Shown one piece after another: positions 27,301 to 41,100 of a stretch of 64,000 nt of DNA. Position numbers and translations under genes: made by a program. Within the stretch, counting starts at the first letter, position 1; every line of letters begins with the position of its first letter. The DNA lies in NCBI GenBank assembly GCA_964016885.1, contig OZ024742.1, forward strand, positions 225,804,001 to 225,868,000, given 5' to 3'. Origin of the DNA: Eledone cirrhosa (taxonomy: Eukaryota). Under the pieces are notes generated by a model that did not search any database, had not been told where the DNA came from, and was given only the letters and a program-made list of their open reading frames with translations.

Positions 27301-30187
27301 TCTATAAAGCTTATTCTCCTAATTTACTTAGGCTTGTCCATAAAAACACTAATTTAACCCTTTCGATAGCTAACCACCAGAAACAGCCTCAGTTTCTATG
27401 ATACAAAGCTGGGTTGTTACAGATCAATTCAGTACTTAATCTGAGCTACTGTCCTCCTAGATGTACCACAATAAAATGCACCCAGCCCACACTGTAAAGC
27501 AATAGTGTTGGTGCCACAATAAAATGCTCTCAGCCCACTCTGTAAAGTGGTAGTGTTGGTGCTACAATAAAGTTCACTCAGCCCACTCTCTAAGGTAATA
27601 GCGCTGGTGCCATGATAAAATGCATGCAACCAACCTTGTAAAATGGTAGTGCTGGTGCCGTAATGCACCCAGAACCCTCTGTAAAGTGATAGTGTCAGTA
27701 CATTCTGAAAAGTGACTGATGTTAAAAAAGAACATCTAGCCATAGAAACCATGCCAAATATGGAGCATATGAACAAGAAGGGATCTGTCTATCCTACTTA
27801 TCCTCACCTGTGACAACCTGTCTAATTGATGCAAACATGGGAAAATAAATGTTTAATGATGATTATCAACAATTATTATAGTCATCTGCATTGTGGCAAA
27901 TATATTTTCAAATTTCAAATTTCCTAATGCTTTGTATGTCAACCGATCTTGTTTACAATCATTGTTATATTTTTCTTTGAATTTTATTTTTAGCAAGAAA
28001 GAAAAGATTGGAAGAAATGGAGAAGTCCCAGAGGGAGATGGGTACGAGTATCTTGAGTTCAGTTTTTGAAGATAATCAGGAACAAGAGGTGAAGGAGGGT
28101 AAGGACTAGTTGCTGTCATTTAAAACATTTTCTGTTAAATTATTGTTAGGATGTTACCAGTCAGTTAACAACCATGTACACAGAACATTATGTCGATAAA
28201 ATAAAGTACCAGTAATGTACTGGTTAATTGCTGGCCTTGTGCCAAAAGTAGAAACAATTATTCTTAGCATAATTAACTGCATCATATTATATATTAAAGT
28301 CTTAATTCTATTACTCCAATGTTTTACAATGATCTGTCCACTAGTAAATATACTATAAATATCTGAATTATCAAACCACAGGAAACCATATTTGCAAACC
28401 ATTCTTGAAAAGTAACAAACACCACTATGACTGCAAAACATTAACTATTAAGGTCTTTACTGCAAACATTTAATTTAACTATCTAAATCAGAGGATCTCA
28501 AACTATTTGGGCCACGGCCCCCCTCACGGCCATGTAGTACCCTCAGCGCCCCATAACCCTATTTCCAAAGAGACCTGCCTACACGCAAATTGTAAATAAT
28601 ATATAATAAATAAAATCATTAATTTATATATCTACTTATATATATAACCAGCAATTTCTCTGTCTGTCTGTCCAACAGTGGAAACACGTGCGTAGAGAGA
28701 GAGTGAGAGTGAAAGAAAGAGATGGACTACAAGAAGGGGATAGCGGGAGGGAGAGAGGGAGAGAGAGAGAGTGAATAGACACTAAAACACGTGCTACAGA
28801 AACATTACCTTCCCCTCTCCACTGACTTTGGTCACTGAGGCCGAGGGAATCGCGCTGAGCGCGTTATAATGACGTAATGCAGACAGCCAGACATACAGAC
28901 AGATATTATAAGGGCGCAACGTTATATCTATGTATCTATCTAAAAAGAAAGACTAAGAATTATATAGAGAGAACGTTAAATCGCCTAATGCAGTCCCTAG
29001 GGCATTGAAAATTTGAAATAATTTTTGCTCAAAACACTCACAGGAACATAAGTATTACATGTCTAAAGTTTGAAAACAATTGGTTGGATGGTTCTCAAGT
29101 TTTAGTGAGCTGACAGACAGACAGACAGACATTCTCTGTTTTAGATATATAGACTAGCAGAAAACCGACCCCCGAGTGGTTTTCTGCTAGTCTATATATA
29201 TAAAACTGAGGTTGTCTGTCTGTCTGTCTTTCTACTAAAACGGTCGGCACACATCTCCTCCTAAACCATACGTTCAAATTTCGGTGAAATTGCTACACTT
29301 ATAGATGAAGGGCTGGCGGAGACATCGGTCAAAAAAATTTTCAAATCGACCCACGCCAAGTGCAAAAATCGAATTTGTAATGTATTGATTTTTCAGTTCA
29401 TCATCATCATCATTTCATTTTACGTCCGCTTTTTCCCTGTTTGCAAGGGTGGGACGGGAACTGATTCTGGCTTGATTTCTACAGCTGGATGCCCTTCCTA
29501 ACACCAACCTCATTTACAGTGAGTGCTGGGTGCTTTTTTGCCGTGGCGCCTACACGTCCACTTTACAGTGGAATGATAGGGACCTCAGTCCCTATCATCT
29601 CATTTCTACAGCTGAGAAAACTGGAGCAATGTGAAATAAAGTGTCTTGCTCAAGGAAACTACACATCACCCGGTCTGAGAATTGAACTCACAACCTTTCG
29701 ATTGCAAGGCCAATGCTCTAACCACTAAGCCATGTGCCTCCAGTTCAAATGTATAAAGAGATGAGAGACGAGTTATTTCCCTTTTATGGCGTCATTTGCT
29801 TATCTAATTATGTTACGTGGACCGAGAAGAACAATTTCATGCAAAGACACCAAGTTTATGGTGTAAATGGAGTCGTTAGACTAATATTCTATTTAAAATA
29901 ACCGAATGATTTCCAGCCCCGGAGTTTAAGAATGATGTAAATAAAATTGTAAACGAAAATGACAGGTTATTAAAATAGTTGTTTCTACTTTTGGCACAAG
30001 GCCAGCAAATGCCCAGTACATTACTGGTACTTTATTTTATCGACCCCGTAAGGATGAAAGGCAAAGTTAACCTCGACGGGATTTTAACTTTGCCTTAACA
30101 TAGTAAAAGTAAATAGTGAAGATTTAGGACAGTACATACGTATGCGCCGACGAACATACACATACATATACATACGCACACACAAAT

Positions 30188-30238
<51 letters not shown>

Positions 30239-33200
30239 TGCACGTGTCTGTAAACCTTATGCATTTCTACAGTATTTTCACTAAACTTAAGACACAGGTT
30301 ACTTATGTACTCCGGAGGGTCATGGGCACTTTCATTTTTCCAGATATTGACTATAGGGCCTCCCGGCAGATGACCCCCTTTAACCGCTTCCTTGGAGTCG
30401 ACTGAAGCACTGCAGTGCAATGCAACAACACGTCATAACTTCTGGAGTTCGCAACCGATTTTCACAAAACTTGACACATGGGCTACGTTTGTCCTATAGA
30501 TGAATGTGAACTCTCAGAATTGGCACATATTGGGTAGGGGACCCCTGGGGGCAGGAACTCCTTTTGGAAAAAGCCGATGATTTTGTAAAAGTATAGTTTT
30601 CGAAGCAGCACTGAAGTATTGACATAAATGGTATACATAACTGCTATTTAATACCCGAGCAACCTCTGCTAGTAATCTATATATCTAAAACAGAGAATGT
30701 CTGTCTGTCTATCTGTCTGTCTGACTCCCACCCAACTGATTGTTTTCGAGAACGACCCAACTGATTGTTTTCAAACTTTACACATATAATACTTATGGTC
30801 GTGTGAGTGTTTTGAGCAAAAATATTTCAAATTTCAATGCCCTAGGCACCACATTAGGCGAAAAACTGCATATTTTAGGCTTTAAAGGCTTTTTTGAGGC
30901 ATAACGGAACAATAATCCAGGTGATTTCTTCAAAATTTGCATTACTTATGTCATTTAAAGTGTTTTTCTGCAAAAAAGATTTTCTCATTTCTTGCCTCAG
31001 GGACTGCATTAGGCGAAAAACTGATATTTTGAAGCATTTTGGTTGCGTTAGGGCCTTAACTCGAGATGTACCCAACCGATTTTTTTTTAACTTTGCATAT
31101 GCATTACTTAAGTTTCACAAATTTTCTTGACTGAAAAAGATTTTTGCCCGGAGACCGCATTGTTTAGCATTTTGGTTGAGTTAGGGCCTGTAACCTTAAA
31201 AGTATCCAACTAAATTCTTTCATGCTCTCCACCACTGCAGTACCACATGCTTATTGTTCTGTAACTATTGCTTTCAAATACATGTTCGGTTTGTCGAATG
31301 CCTTTTTACTTAACCCTATCGTCTTGGCTTTCGTGGGTTGAACATTTTACTCTCAGGCACCCAATTAAGTTAAATACCTGGTAATCTACGACAAATTTTT
31401 TTTATAAGCACAAAATGTAGACACCATCCCCAGGCCGAGATATTCCGTACTTCTCTGTACTGTTTCAGGAAGGAGGGATAAACATGCCAATCTATGTTTA
31501 GAATCTCAAGCAACGCCGGGCCATTCTGTTAGTAAATAATATAATATATACAATGTATAAATAAATATTATATATATATTTTTATTTTACTATATTTCTA
31601 TATAATATGTATTATTTGATATTTAATATACTTCAATATCATCTCTACCACCCTACCACTGCCCCCTTAGGCCATAGTGTCCCCCACTGGACCTTGCGGT
31701 AGTGCCCACTTTCAGAACCTCTGATCTAAATCATTGTGGGATATTAAGAGTTAATATATTTTAACCTTTTTAATACCAACCTGCTTGAAACTGCCACTGG
31801 TTTTATGAGCTGTAGGTTTTGTTGATTAGACATGAAATAGTTGCTGGATGATTTTCTGTGTGATGGATATTGTTTTATTGTATTAATGTAATTTAGTGGC
31901 TGAGTAATTGTATTTTGTTTGGTGGGTCATGGTTGGTTTGGGTTTATATTATTCATTTACTTTTGTTTTATTCCTAGATGGAGTTGTAAGAGAAATTCTT
32001 CCATCATAATTTTATGAAAGAACCTATGTTCCAAATACTAGCCTAATAATATTAATTATTTTATTAAATTCGCCCATTTTAAAAAGAATATTTTCAAAGT
32101 CAATTGAAACACACTGGCAATGTATTTCATTAGAAATATGGTTAACAAAAGGGTTTAACCTTTTCATTACCATATTTCTAATGCTCTAACGCTCTATTTC
32201 AATTAATTATTAAAATATTTATCATATGGTTCTTATATAAAATTATGTTGGAAGTTTTAATTTAAATAGGAACCCTTTAAAACAGGTGGTTTTGTTTCAT
32301 AGAACCTGAACTAGTTTGGGCCAGGTTGTTATCAAAAAGGTTAAACCAAAAAAATTTCTTCTAATTAAATAGAAACAGAAGCTGAGACCATTGAAGGAAA
32401 AAAGATTGAATCTTCAGAGAATTTAGCAGAATTAATTATACCAATTCTGACTACCAGTAAATGTACATCACCAGAAAATGCTATAACAGTATGTCTTGAG
32501 CCTTCAGATAAACAGGTGGATATTGAAGACACAGATGATGGTAAGATTATAACTGATTATTGGAATGTTGTGGAATATTGGCACGTGCAAGATCTTCACA
32601 GAATCATCATCATCATGACCATTAATATCATCATCGTCATCAATATAAGCTTCATCGTTAACATCATTATCATTAATTTCATCATGATGATCATCATCGT
32701 TATCATCTCATCATTAATATCATCATCATCATCATAGACATTGTCATATCACTGTTATTGTCATCATCATCATCACTCATTAGCTTCATCACCATCAATG
32801 TCATCACTGTCATCATCATCACTGTCATCAGCATCACCATCAACATCATCATCATCAACATCATCATGATCATTATGTCTGCTTTTTTATGCTAGCATGG
32901 GTTGAATAAAACCTTTTGAGGCACTATTTTATGGCCAGATGCCCTTCCTAACACAAACACATTTTATTTTTATTTTTCATTCCACTGATCTGCACACATC
33001 CAACTGCTGAGCTGTGGGACATATTACTTATGTAAGGCATAAACAAATAGCATCAGCTGTCCAAGATGTATCAATACAGATATACACACACACAGAGCTC
33101 GGCACAGTTTTCATTCATCAAATTTCACTCACAAGACATTGTTAAACCTTAGGCTATAGTAGAAAATACTTTACCAAGGTGTCACATAATGGAACAAAAC

Positions 33201-35143
33201 CCAAGACCATGTTGTGAAGCTGAATTAATCACAAAGGCATGCCATGCTACTGTCAAGGTTTGCTCTCTTCTGAACCCTCTTTGGCGTCTTGGGATATGCA
33301 ATCTTTGTGCGTTCATCCCATGCCTTCCAGGACAGGTCACAGACCCATTGTAAGTTTTTGCAGCATGAAATGGAGACTACAATATATTTTTCAAGCAGGA
33401 CCCTCTACTTAAAGCCTGAATGAGTCCCTTGTTAACCAATGCAAAGGATGATGTGGTATGTTTCTTTCTTGTACCTCTCACTATATTGCAGTTTTGGTGG
33501 TCTTATTCGTGCTAGTCACCAATCTGGTATTTCTCAAACCCATGAAGATCACCATCTAGTTATCTGCAACTTGAGATTACATAAAGCCAAAGAAACCCAC
33601 AAAACTGGCAGGTCCGCAGCAACCTACAGGATAAAGTGGGAAGCATTGGTGGATAAGGAAGTCAGGATCCAGGTATGCAGATACTATTGCATCCAAATTC
33701 AGAGAACTCTCTGAGCAAACCGAGGATGTTGAAATGGAGTGGAGACTGTTCAACTTAGCAGTTTATGCTTCAGCTGTTAAATGCTGCAGGGTAAAGAGTC
33801 CTAGTGTGATGCCAAATGGCAAGAAGAGCCCTTAGTTCAATTAAGAGGTCAAAGATAGCATCCAAGCAAAGAAGAAGGCATACAAAGCTTGGTTTTGAAA
33901 TATGTCCTTCTTGCGCTTAATTCCAATTTTCAAAAAGGGAGACAAGAGAGATTGTTTCAATTACAGAGGCCAAAATAGAGTTCCACCGAAGAGTCTTTGG
34001 AGTAACATTATTCAATAGAGTGCATAGTTCGGAGATCAGAGATTCACTCCAGGTAGAGCCAGTACTTCTCTGAATTGAGAGATCACAGCTCCAATACTAT
34101 GGGCATGTGGTTAGAATATCTCAGGAAAGAATTGCTGGACAGATTTTATGAGCATTACCAACCAGCAGGAGACCCAAGGCTAGACCTCGATCAAGTTGGT
34201 TGGAAAACATCCAGGAACTTAGCTGGTCTTGAGGATCTAGCCAGATCAGTTGGAGATGGTTGCTTCTGACAGGATCCACTGGCAGGAGTGTTTGAGGATT
34301 CTGCCCCCTCAACCCTCTCAGGAATAAGCGGGTAAAGAAAATGCCATGCCACAACATGTAGTTATAAACATTAAATTTTTTTCTCAACTATGAAAATGAA
34401 GTTAATTATTATGAGATATCATCATCATCATTTTTACATCTGCCTATCTATGCTTGTCACATTCCTTTGTCATCTCTGTGAGGTTCAATGTTTTGAAATC
34501 AGCTCTCACCACTTTTACCCAGGTTTTCCTTGGTTTTCTGCTACCACTCTTCCTTCCATTTACAACTGGCATTTCTTCATTCAATAATCATCATCCATAT
34601 ACATCACAAGTCCTTACCAACACAATCCTCTTTCCTACACACTTCATCACATTCCTCTTATACCCAGTTTTTCCTTTAACTCATTTGTGTTTCATCACTT
34701 ACACACACTAACATTATATATCCAGCATAGCATGCTAGCCTTATTTCTATCTAACCTACTGCATCAACCCTCTGTATTCAATGCCCATATCTCACTATCA
34801 TGCAACATCACACTTCATATGCAGGCATCATATAATCTACCATTATATAGTATTTAAAAAAGATATAACACATGAAACAGTAGATGGTGCCGTGTCTGAG
34901 AATTCTTAAATATTGCCAAGAGATTAATATATATATATATATTCTTGGAGATATTAATCATATTACTAACAACACATTTCAGACATTTTTATTTTATTAA
35001 CCTGAAGTAGTTTTGAAAATAATATATTTTAACAAATCAGTATAGTTTATATGAAACATCATGAAATATGTGGTCAGGATTGTTTTAGGTGAACTGGTAC
35101 AGTGTAAGTTAGAAATAGAAGAGTGAAAACTAGAGTAGAATAA

Positions 35144-35175
<32 letters not shown>

Positions 35176-38100
35176 TGGTCCCTTTGAACCCTTAAGCATT
35201 CAAACCGGCCGTATCCGGCCAGAAATGTCTCACCTCTTTCTGTTCAAACCAGTTGAAACTGGCCGCTTATACTGATGTTAAGGTATTGTTCTCAAAATAA
35301 TTAATATCAATATCTCATAGATTCGATATTACGTGAGATAATTATGTAAGATAAAGTATTTACTACAAAAATACAATAGTATATATAGAGTAATGTGAAT
35401 GTTAATGGGTTAAAGACAATAGGTCTAATTTTTGGATTGGGTCCTTAATAAGGTGACAGAATGTGAGGAGTCTACTGTTTCTGGTGGTGAAATTGTCCTG
35501 AATTTTATTGGGTGTTCTCTGCTGCTTCAAATATTTGATCAACTAGTGTCAATGGTTGTCTCAGGCTGTCTAGATGTAGCATTGTTTAGATATATTTTAC
35601 CTGTGTCACAGTAGTTTCTTAAAATCTAAAGCATACTTGAAAGCTCTCTTTTGATATCCTTTTTTATTTTAAAGGCAAAGTAAAAGACATTGAGAGTGCT
35701 GGTGTAGGAGAACTTGACATGACTCCAGTAGCTGCTGCCATTACACGCTATCTTGGTATTGATCTCACACCTGATGGACAAGCAGCTCGAAACAGAAGAG
35801 GGATAGCAATTATCATACATGGCTCACCTTTCTCAGGTAAGTTTAATCTCAATATTCTCCAACCATGATTTCCTTCTGTTCATTAATTGTACCAAGAGTC
35901 TGCATCTTACTATGACAGGCACAATTTCAACATTTTTCATACTTCACGCTGTTGCAATTTTGAATTGATAGAATCATTAGAGCATTGAATAGAATACTTT
36001 ACAGTATTCATTCCGGGACTTTGTGTTCCGAGTTAAAATCCTGCCATGATTAGAAACAGTTATGATGAAGTCAATGCTTTGTTATTGCTTCACCTTTCCA
36101 AGGGACTAGTAGAAACATGACAAAGATTATTGTTGTTGTTGTTGTAAGGATAGTGGATACCTTATATAAATACCTTGCATTTTTTTTCAAATGAAGGAAA
36201 TTTGCTGTACTATTTATTCATTTTTGTTTCCAAATGTTTTGTGTAGGAAAATCAATCACATGCAGTGACATTGCCAACTACTATAATATACCGTTGTTGA
36301 CCATTGATGATATTGTGACTGATGCTATTGCCAAGGGAGCCACTCCATCAAGCCTTAAAGCTCGAGAACTCTGTGCAGAAGCTGCTCAACGTAGAAGGGA
36401 TGAGCAAAAAGCGCTGGAAGAAAATGAAGAGAAAAAATTTAATATTAGCTTGGATCCAAGCAATGCTATATGTAAGGATACTTTTGATTGTTTTATATGG
36501 TTTTCTTATTTATTTGCTGAGTATGGTGGAAGAGGCTGTGCTCATAACCTTTACTGGCCCTCTGTGATCAATGTGGTTGAGGCTGTTGATCTTCAGTTTC
36601 AATTGTTGTAGGAAAGAAGCATGCCTGTAACATTTGCAGCCCTTCCAAGATGTTAGATTGATGCCTTGCAGGAAAGATATGTGTTGTATCTAGAGGAAGG
36701 GACTGTGCCCATGAATTTTTCAGGCCCTCCAACACTGATGAGATTGTTGCTGTTGGTGTTCAGTTTAAATTGTAGGTCAATTCTGGCAAGAAAGACATGC
36801 TAGATCTGGAAGAATGGACTAAGACCTTTACAGGCCCCCCAAGACTGCTAAGTCAGAAAGGGACTGTTCCCATGATCCTTACTGCCCCTTCTGAGATTGA
36901 TGAGATTCATGTTAATGTTCAGTTTAAATGGTTACAGGTTGACTTCTGCATGGAAAGCATTGTATGTAGGGAGACAATTCCTGTAGGATCACATTCTAGA
37001 CAGGAAGTACTAGACATAGGGGTTTACTATTGGGTCAGGGGATGAGGGTTTAACACAATATGAGTGGTGAGAGGAGGAGAGTGAGGCAGGAATACTTGAA
37101 TAGAGGAGACATGAGGTCAACCATATCCAAGGAGCAAAGGTCATTGTAGTATCAGTAGAAAATGCAGTGAGAAGAGTTATGGAAAGCAGGCATTTATAAT
37201 AAAATGATGAGAATGATATGGGGCTCAGGTAGTCTCAACTATTATGTTTTTAACTTAAAAATCCCTAAAAATTCTTTATTAATTAGCAGTGGATTGGCAG
37301 TATCGGTAGAGGGTTGGACGCCATGCTTGGAAGCATAGAGTTGCGTCCCTTTATAATCTGAGTTCAAATCTCGCCGAGGTTAACTTTGCCTTTCATCCTT
37401 ACGGGGTCGATAAAATAAAATACCAGTAATGTACTGGGTAATTGCTGGCCTTGTGCCAAAAGTAGAAACAATTAATTAATTGAAATAGAGTGTATTTCAT
37501 TAGAACTAGTCACAAAAGGGTTAACCCTTTTGATACCAAGCCAGCCAAAACTGGGTCTGGTTCTAAGAAACAAAACCACTCATTTTAAAGAGATCCTATT
37601 TAACCCTTTAGCATTTAAACCGGCCGTATCCTACCAAATTTCTCTCACCTCTTTCTGTTCAAACTGGCTGTATCTGGCTGCTCACACTGACATGAAGGTA
37701 TTGTTATCAAAATAAATAATATCAAAATCTCATGGATTTGATATTATGTGGGATACTTATGTGAGATAAAGTGTTTACCGTGAAAATTTAGTAGCATATA
37801 TAGAGTAATGTAAATACTAAAGGGTTAAATATCTTCCAACATAATTTTATGTAAGAACCATTTGTTTAATTACTATCTTAGTTAGGAATTAATAATTTGA
37901 GTAACTCCCTCAAAATTCTTCATTAATTAATTGAAATAGAGTATATTTCATTATAAATGCTGTCCAGAAAAGGTTAAATAAAATGTATTGATTTTTTTTT
38001 TCTTGTCATAATTGGAGGTAGGTGGTGAATTAACAGAGTTGTTAGGGTGTCAGATTGTATACCTGGTATTCTGAGTTCAAATTTGGTCAAGATTAACTTT

Positions 38101-41100
38101 GTATTTCATCCTTTTAAGGTTGATAAATAAAGTGGCAGCCTAGTACTGGGGGCCAATTCTCTCTCTCTCTCTCTCACACACACACATACACACACACACA
38201 GAAAGCAGCTGTTTTCAGACCTGGAGAGGAATGAGCCCCACCAGTGCCCCATACTGTTAAGAGACCATTGTTTTCTGTCTTCTAGTGGGAGGAGCTGTAC
38301 CAAATCCAAGAAAGGCCTCTAACTTTCAGAGACAATATGCTGGACTGAACAATGCCACCAGTAAAATTGTGGAAACTGTTTCACAGCTGCATGTTTGTAT
38401 ATTTTATATATTATTCATACATTTAAGTGTAAAGTGTATATAGAGAAAGTTACAGATGGAGAAGATATTCAGCTGGATCTTGGGAATGATGTGAAAATGT
38501 TTTGTTATCTAAAGTGGGATGTGTATGGAAGAAGTCCTGGGAACTCAGTGGCATACTAATAAGGAAGAGGAATGTCACTGAAATTGAAGGAAAGGTGTAT
38601 GTTGCATGTGTGAAAAATATCATGATTTATGCGAGCAAAACATGGATAATGAATGTTGAGCAGCAGAGACTGTTGGAGAGAATGGAAATGAGAATGGTCC
38701 AGTGGATGAGTGGAGTATCACTGAGAGAGAAAGAATGAACTGCAGAGGATGATTGGAAGAGAACCAGTGATGAGTGTTGTGAAGAGAAATGAAATGAGAT
38801 AGTTGGGCCATGTGTTGAGGAAGGATGACAGTGACTGGGTGAGAGGGCTGATGAAATATTGAAGGAAGGAGAGAAAGGGGAAGACATGAGAGCCAGGTAG
38901 AGGGCTAATGTAAATGATAGCAAAAAATGGAGAGGCTGATCATGGTGCCTACAAGACTAACCCCTGATATAGCAGGGAAGATGGTCTTAAAACACTTGTA
39001 TTATTCATGCATTGTAGATGTTTTACTCACAATCTTAAGGGAATGGGTTCAGGTTCTGGACTGGGTAATACCTTTTGTCCTTGAGCGAGTTGCTTCATTT
39101 CATGTTGCTTCAGTCCACTTAGTTGAATATATTAGTTCTAGCAGCAGCAGTCCTGCAACGGACTGGCATCTGGTTGCTTCAGGATGAATCTTTTCATGAT
39201 AGGAATGGGGCCCCTAATGATTAAAATACCCAAGAAATCTCCAATTAGATGTAACCTCATAGGCGGGCAGCTAAACCTACATAGGTGTTATACTGTAACA
39301 ACCATATGCATTGAATGTAGAGGATTAGTGTATAAAGTTAGAAAGAAATTAGGCTAGCATGCACTACTGGATATGTGATGATAGTGCAAGTGAATGATGA
39401 AGCATAGATGAGTTGAAGGAAAAACTTGGTTTAAGAGGAATCAAATGTGGTGCAAGAGAGAAGACAGTGCGGGTTCATACCACACGTGATGTGTATGAAT
39501 GATGATTGTTGGGTGAAGAAGTGCCAAAAGAGCCTAGAAAAAGGAAGATGTGGTAGAGATAAGCTTCTACAGTTTGTGTTTGTTTATATATGTGTTGGAT
39601 GTGTGATGCTAGTGTGCATAGATGATAAAGCACAGATTAATTGAAGGAAAACTACAAACTGAAGGAATGAATCAGATGTAGTGTGCAAAGAGAGGAGATT
39701 GTGCTGGTACCGACATGTGTAAGTGAGCTGTAACATCAAGAACAAGATAAGATTATATCTATTATTTATGTTATCAATATTGATTTTAATATTTCTATAT
39801 TTGCCAGAGTCCCCCACCACCTCCATACCCTCTTATCAAAGAATTAAATGTTAAACCTGGAGTTGGAGGAGAATTTGGTCTAGTAAGTTGTGTTATACCT
39901 GATGATATTCTAGTGGACATTATAGCTGACCGTTTTCAGGTAAACAGTTTCTATTTTTCTTCTTCCTTATTTTAACCCTTTAGTTACCATATTTCATTAA
40001 GTAGGTTTTTGTAACATAACTTAATAGAAGGTTTTTATACTAAATTACTTTGGAAGATTTTAATTTAAATCTTTGTGACCCTATTTCTAATGAAATACAT
40101 TGTATTTAAATTAATTAATGATTTCTAGTATTGGCACAAGGCCAGTAATTGGGAGGGGAGTCGATTAAATTGATCCCAGTATGTTACTGGTGCTTTATTT
40201 TATCGACCCCGAAAGGATGAATGGCAAAGTTGACCTCGGCGGGATTTGAACTCAGACCGTAACTCTATGCTGCAAAGCATTGTGTCTGACTCTCTACCGA
40301 TACTGCCAATCCACCTTGTATTTTAATTAATTAATAAAGAATTTGGAGGAAATTACTAAAATTGTTTACATTTTAAGTTCACTTTGCACTTCATCCTTCC
40401 TGGTCTTGATAAAATAAAGTACCAGTCAAGAACTGGGATCAATTTAATAGAATTTCCCCTCTCACCAATATTGCTGTCCTTGTGCCTAAATTAGAAACCT
40501 AACACAAAACTATAGAGAGACCAGAGATTACAGTGTTTGGCAATTGAAGAGACAATATAAGATTTAAGAGGAATCTTCAGTCAGGCTGAGCATGTAACAA
40601 CCTGATAAAATGCACCCAGTCCACTCTGTAAGATGGTAGTGATGGTGTCACAAAACATGCACACAGTGCACACTGTAACATGGTAATGATGGTGCTGTGA
40701 TGAAATGCACCCAATCCACTCCGTAAGCTGGTAGTGATGGTGCCACCGAAAATGCACCCAATACACACTGTAAGGTGGTAGTGGTGGTGCTGTGATAAAA
40801 TGCACCCAGTCCACTCTGTAAGATGGTAGTAGTAGTGCCACAAAACATGCACACGGTATACATGTAAGGTGGTAGTGATGATACTGTGATAAAATGCACC
40901 CAATACACACTGTAAGGTGGCTGATGTTAGGAAGAGCATCCATTCATAAAAACTATATGAAGCATTTGAGTAAGATGAAGTTGCTCTGACCTGTTTGGGC
41001 TTGAACTGTAATAACCCATAAACCCATGCTAGCATGGAAAGTGGACATAAAATGATGATGATGATATGATAATGAAATTATTGTGTAAAGTGCTCAGGTG

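Larger units (their letters stand above)
28489..31723. mobile_element. hAT (Charlie-type) MITE expanded by nested Helitrons and SINEs
   Basis: Ends cagaggatctcaaact / actttcagaacctctg with a perfect 8-bp TSD ATCTAAAT (28481-28488, 31724-31731). Confidence 0.85.

Noticed and set aside
29670-29740. tRNA gene
   Set aside because: The A and B boxes belong to a SINE head joined to a CORE-like domain and RTE tail with a TSD; no complete cloverleaf.
36733-36760. CTGATGAG core-like heptamer
   Set aside because: No stem II closed by GAAA follows; likely a chance match.
40604-40925. Regularly spaced repeats as a CRISPR array
   Set aside because: The units are contiguous degenerate tandem repeats with no unique spacers, derive from a retroposon, and lie in eukaryotic DNA with no cas genes.
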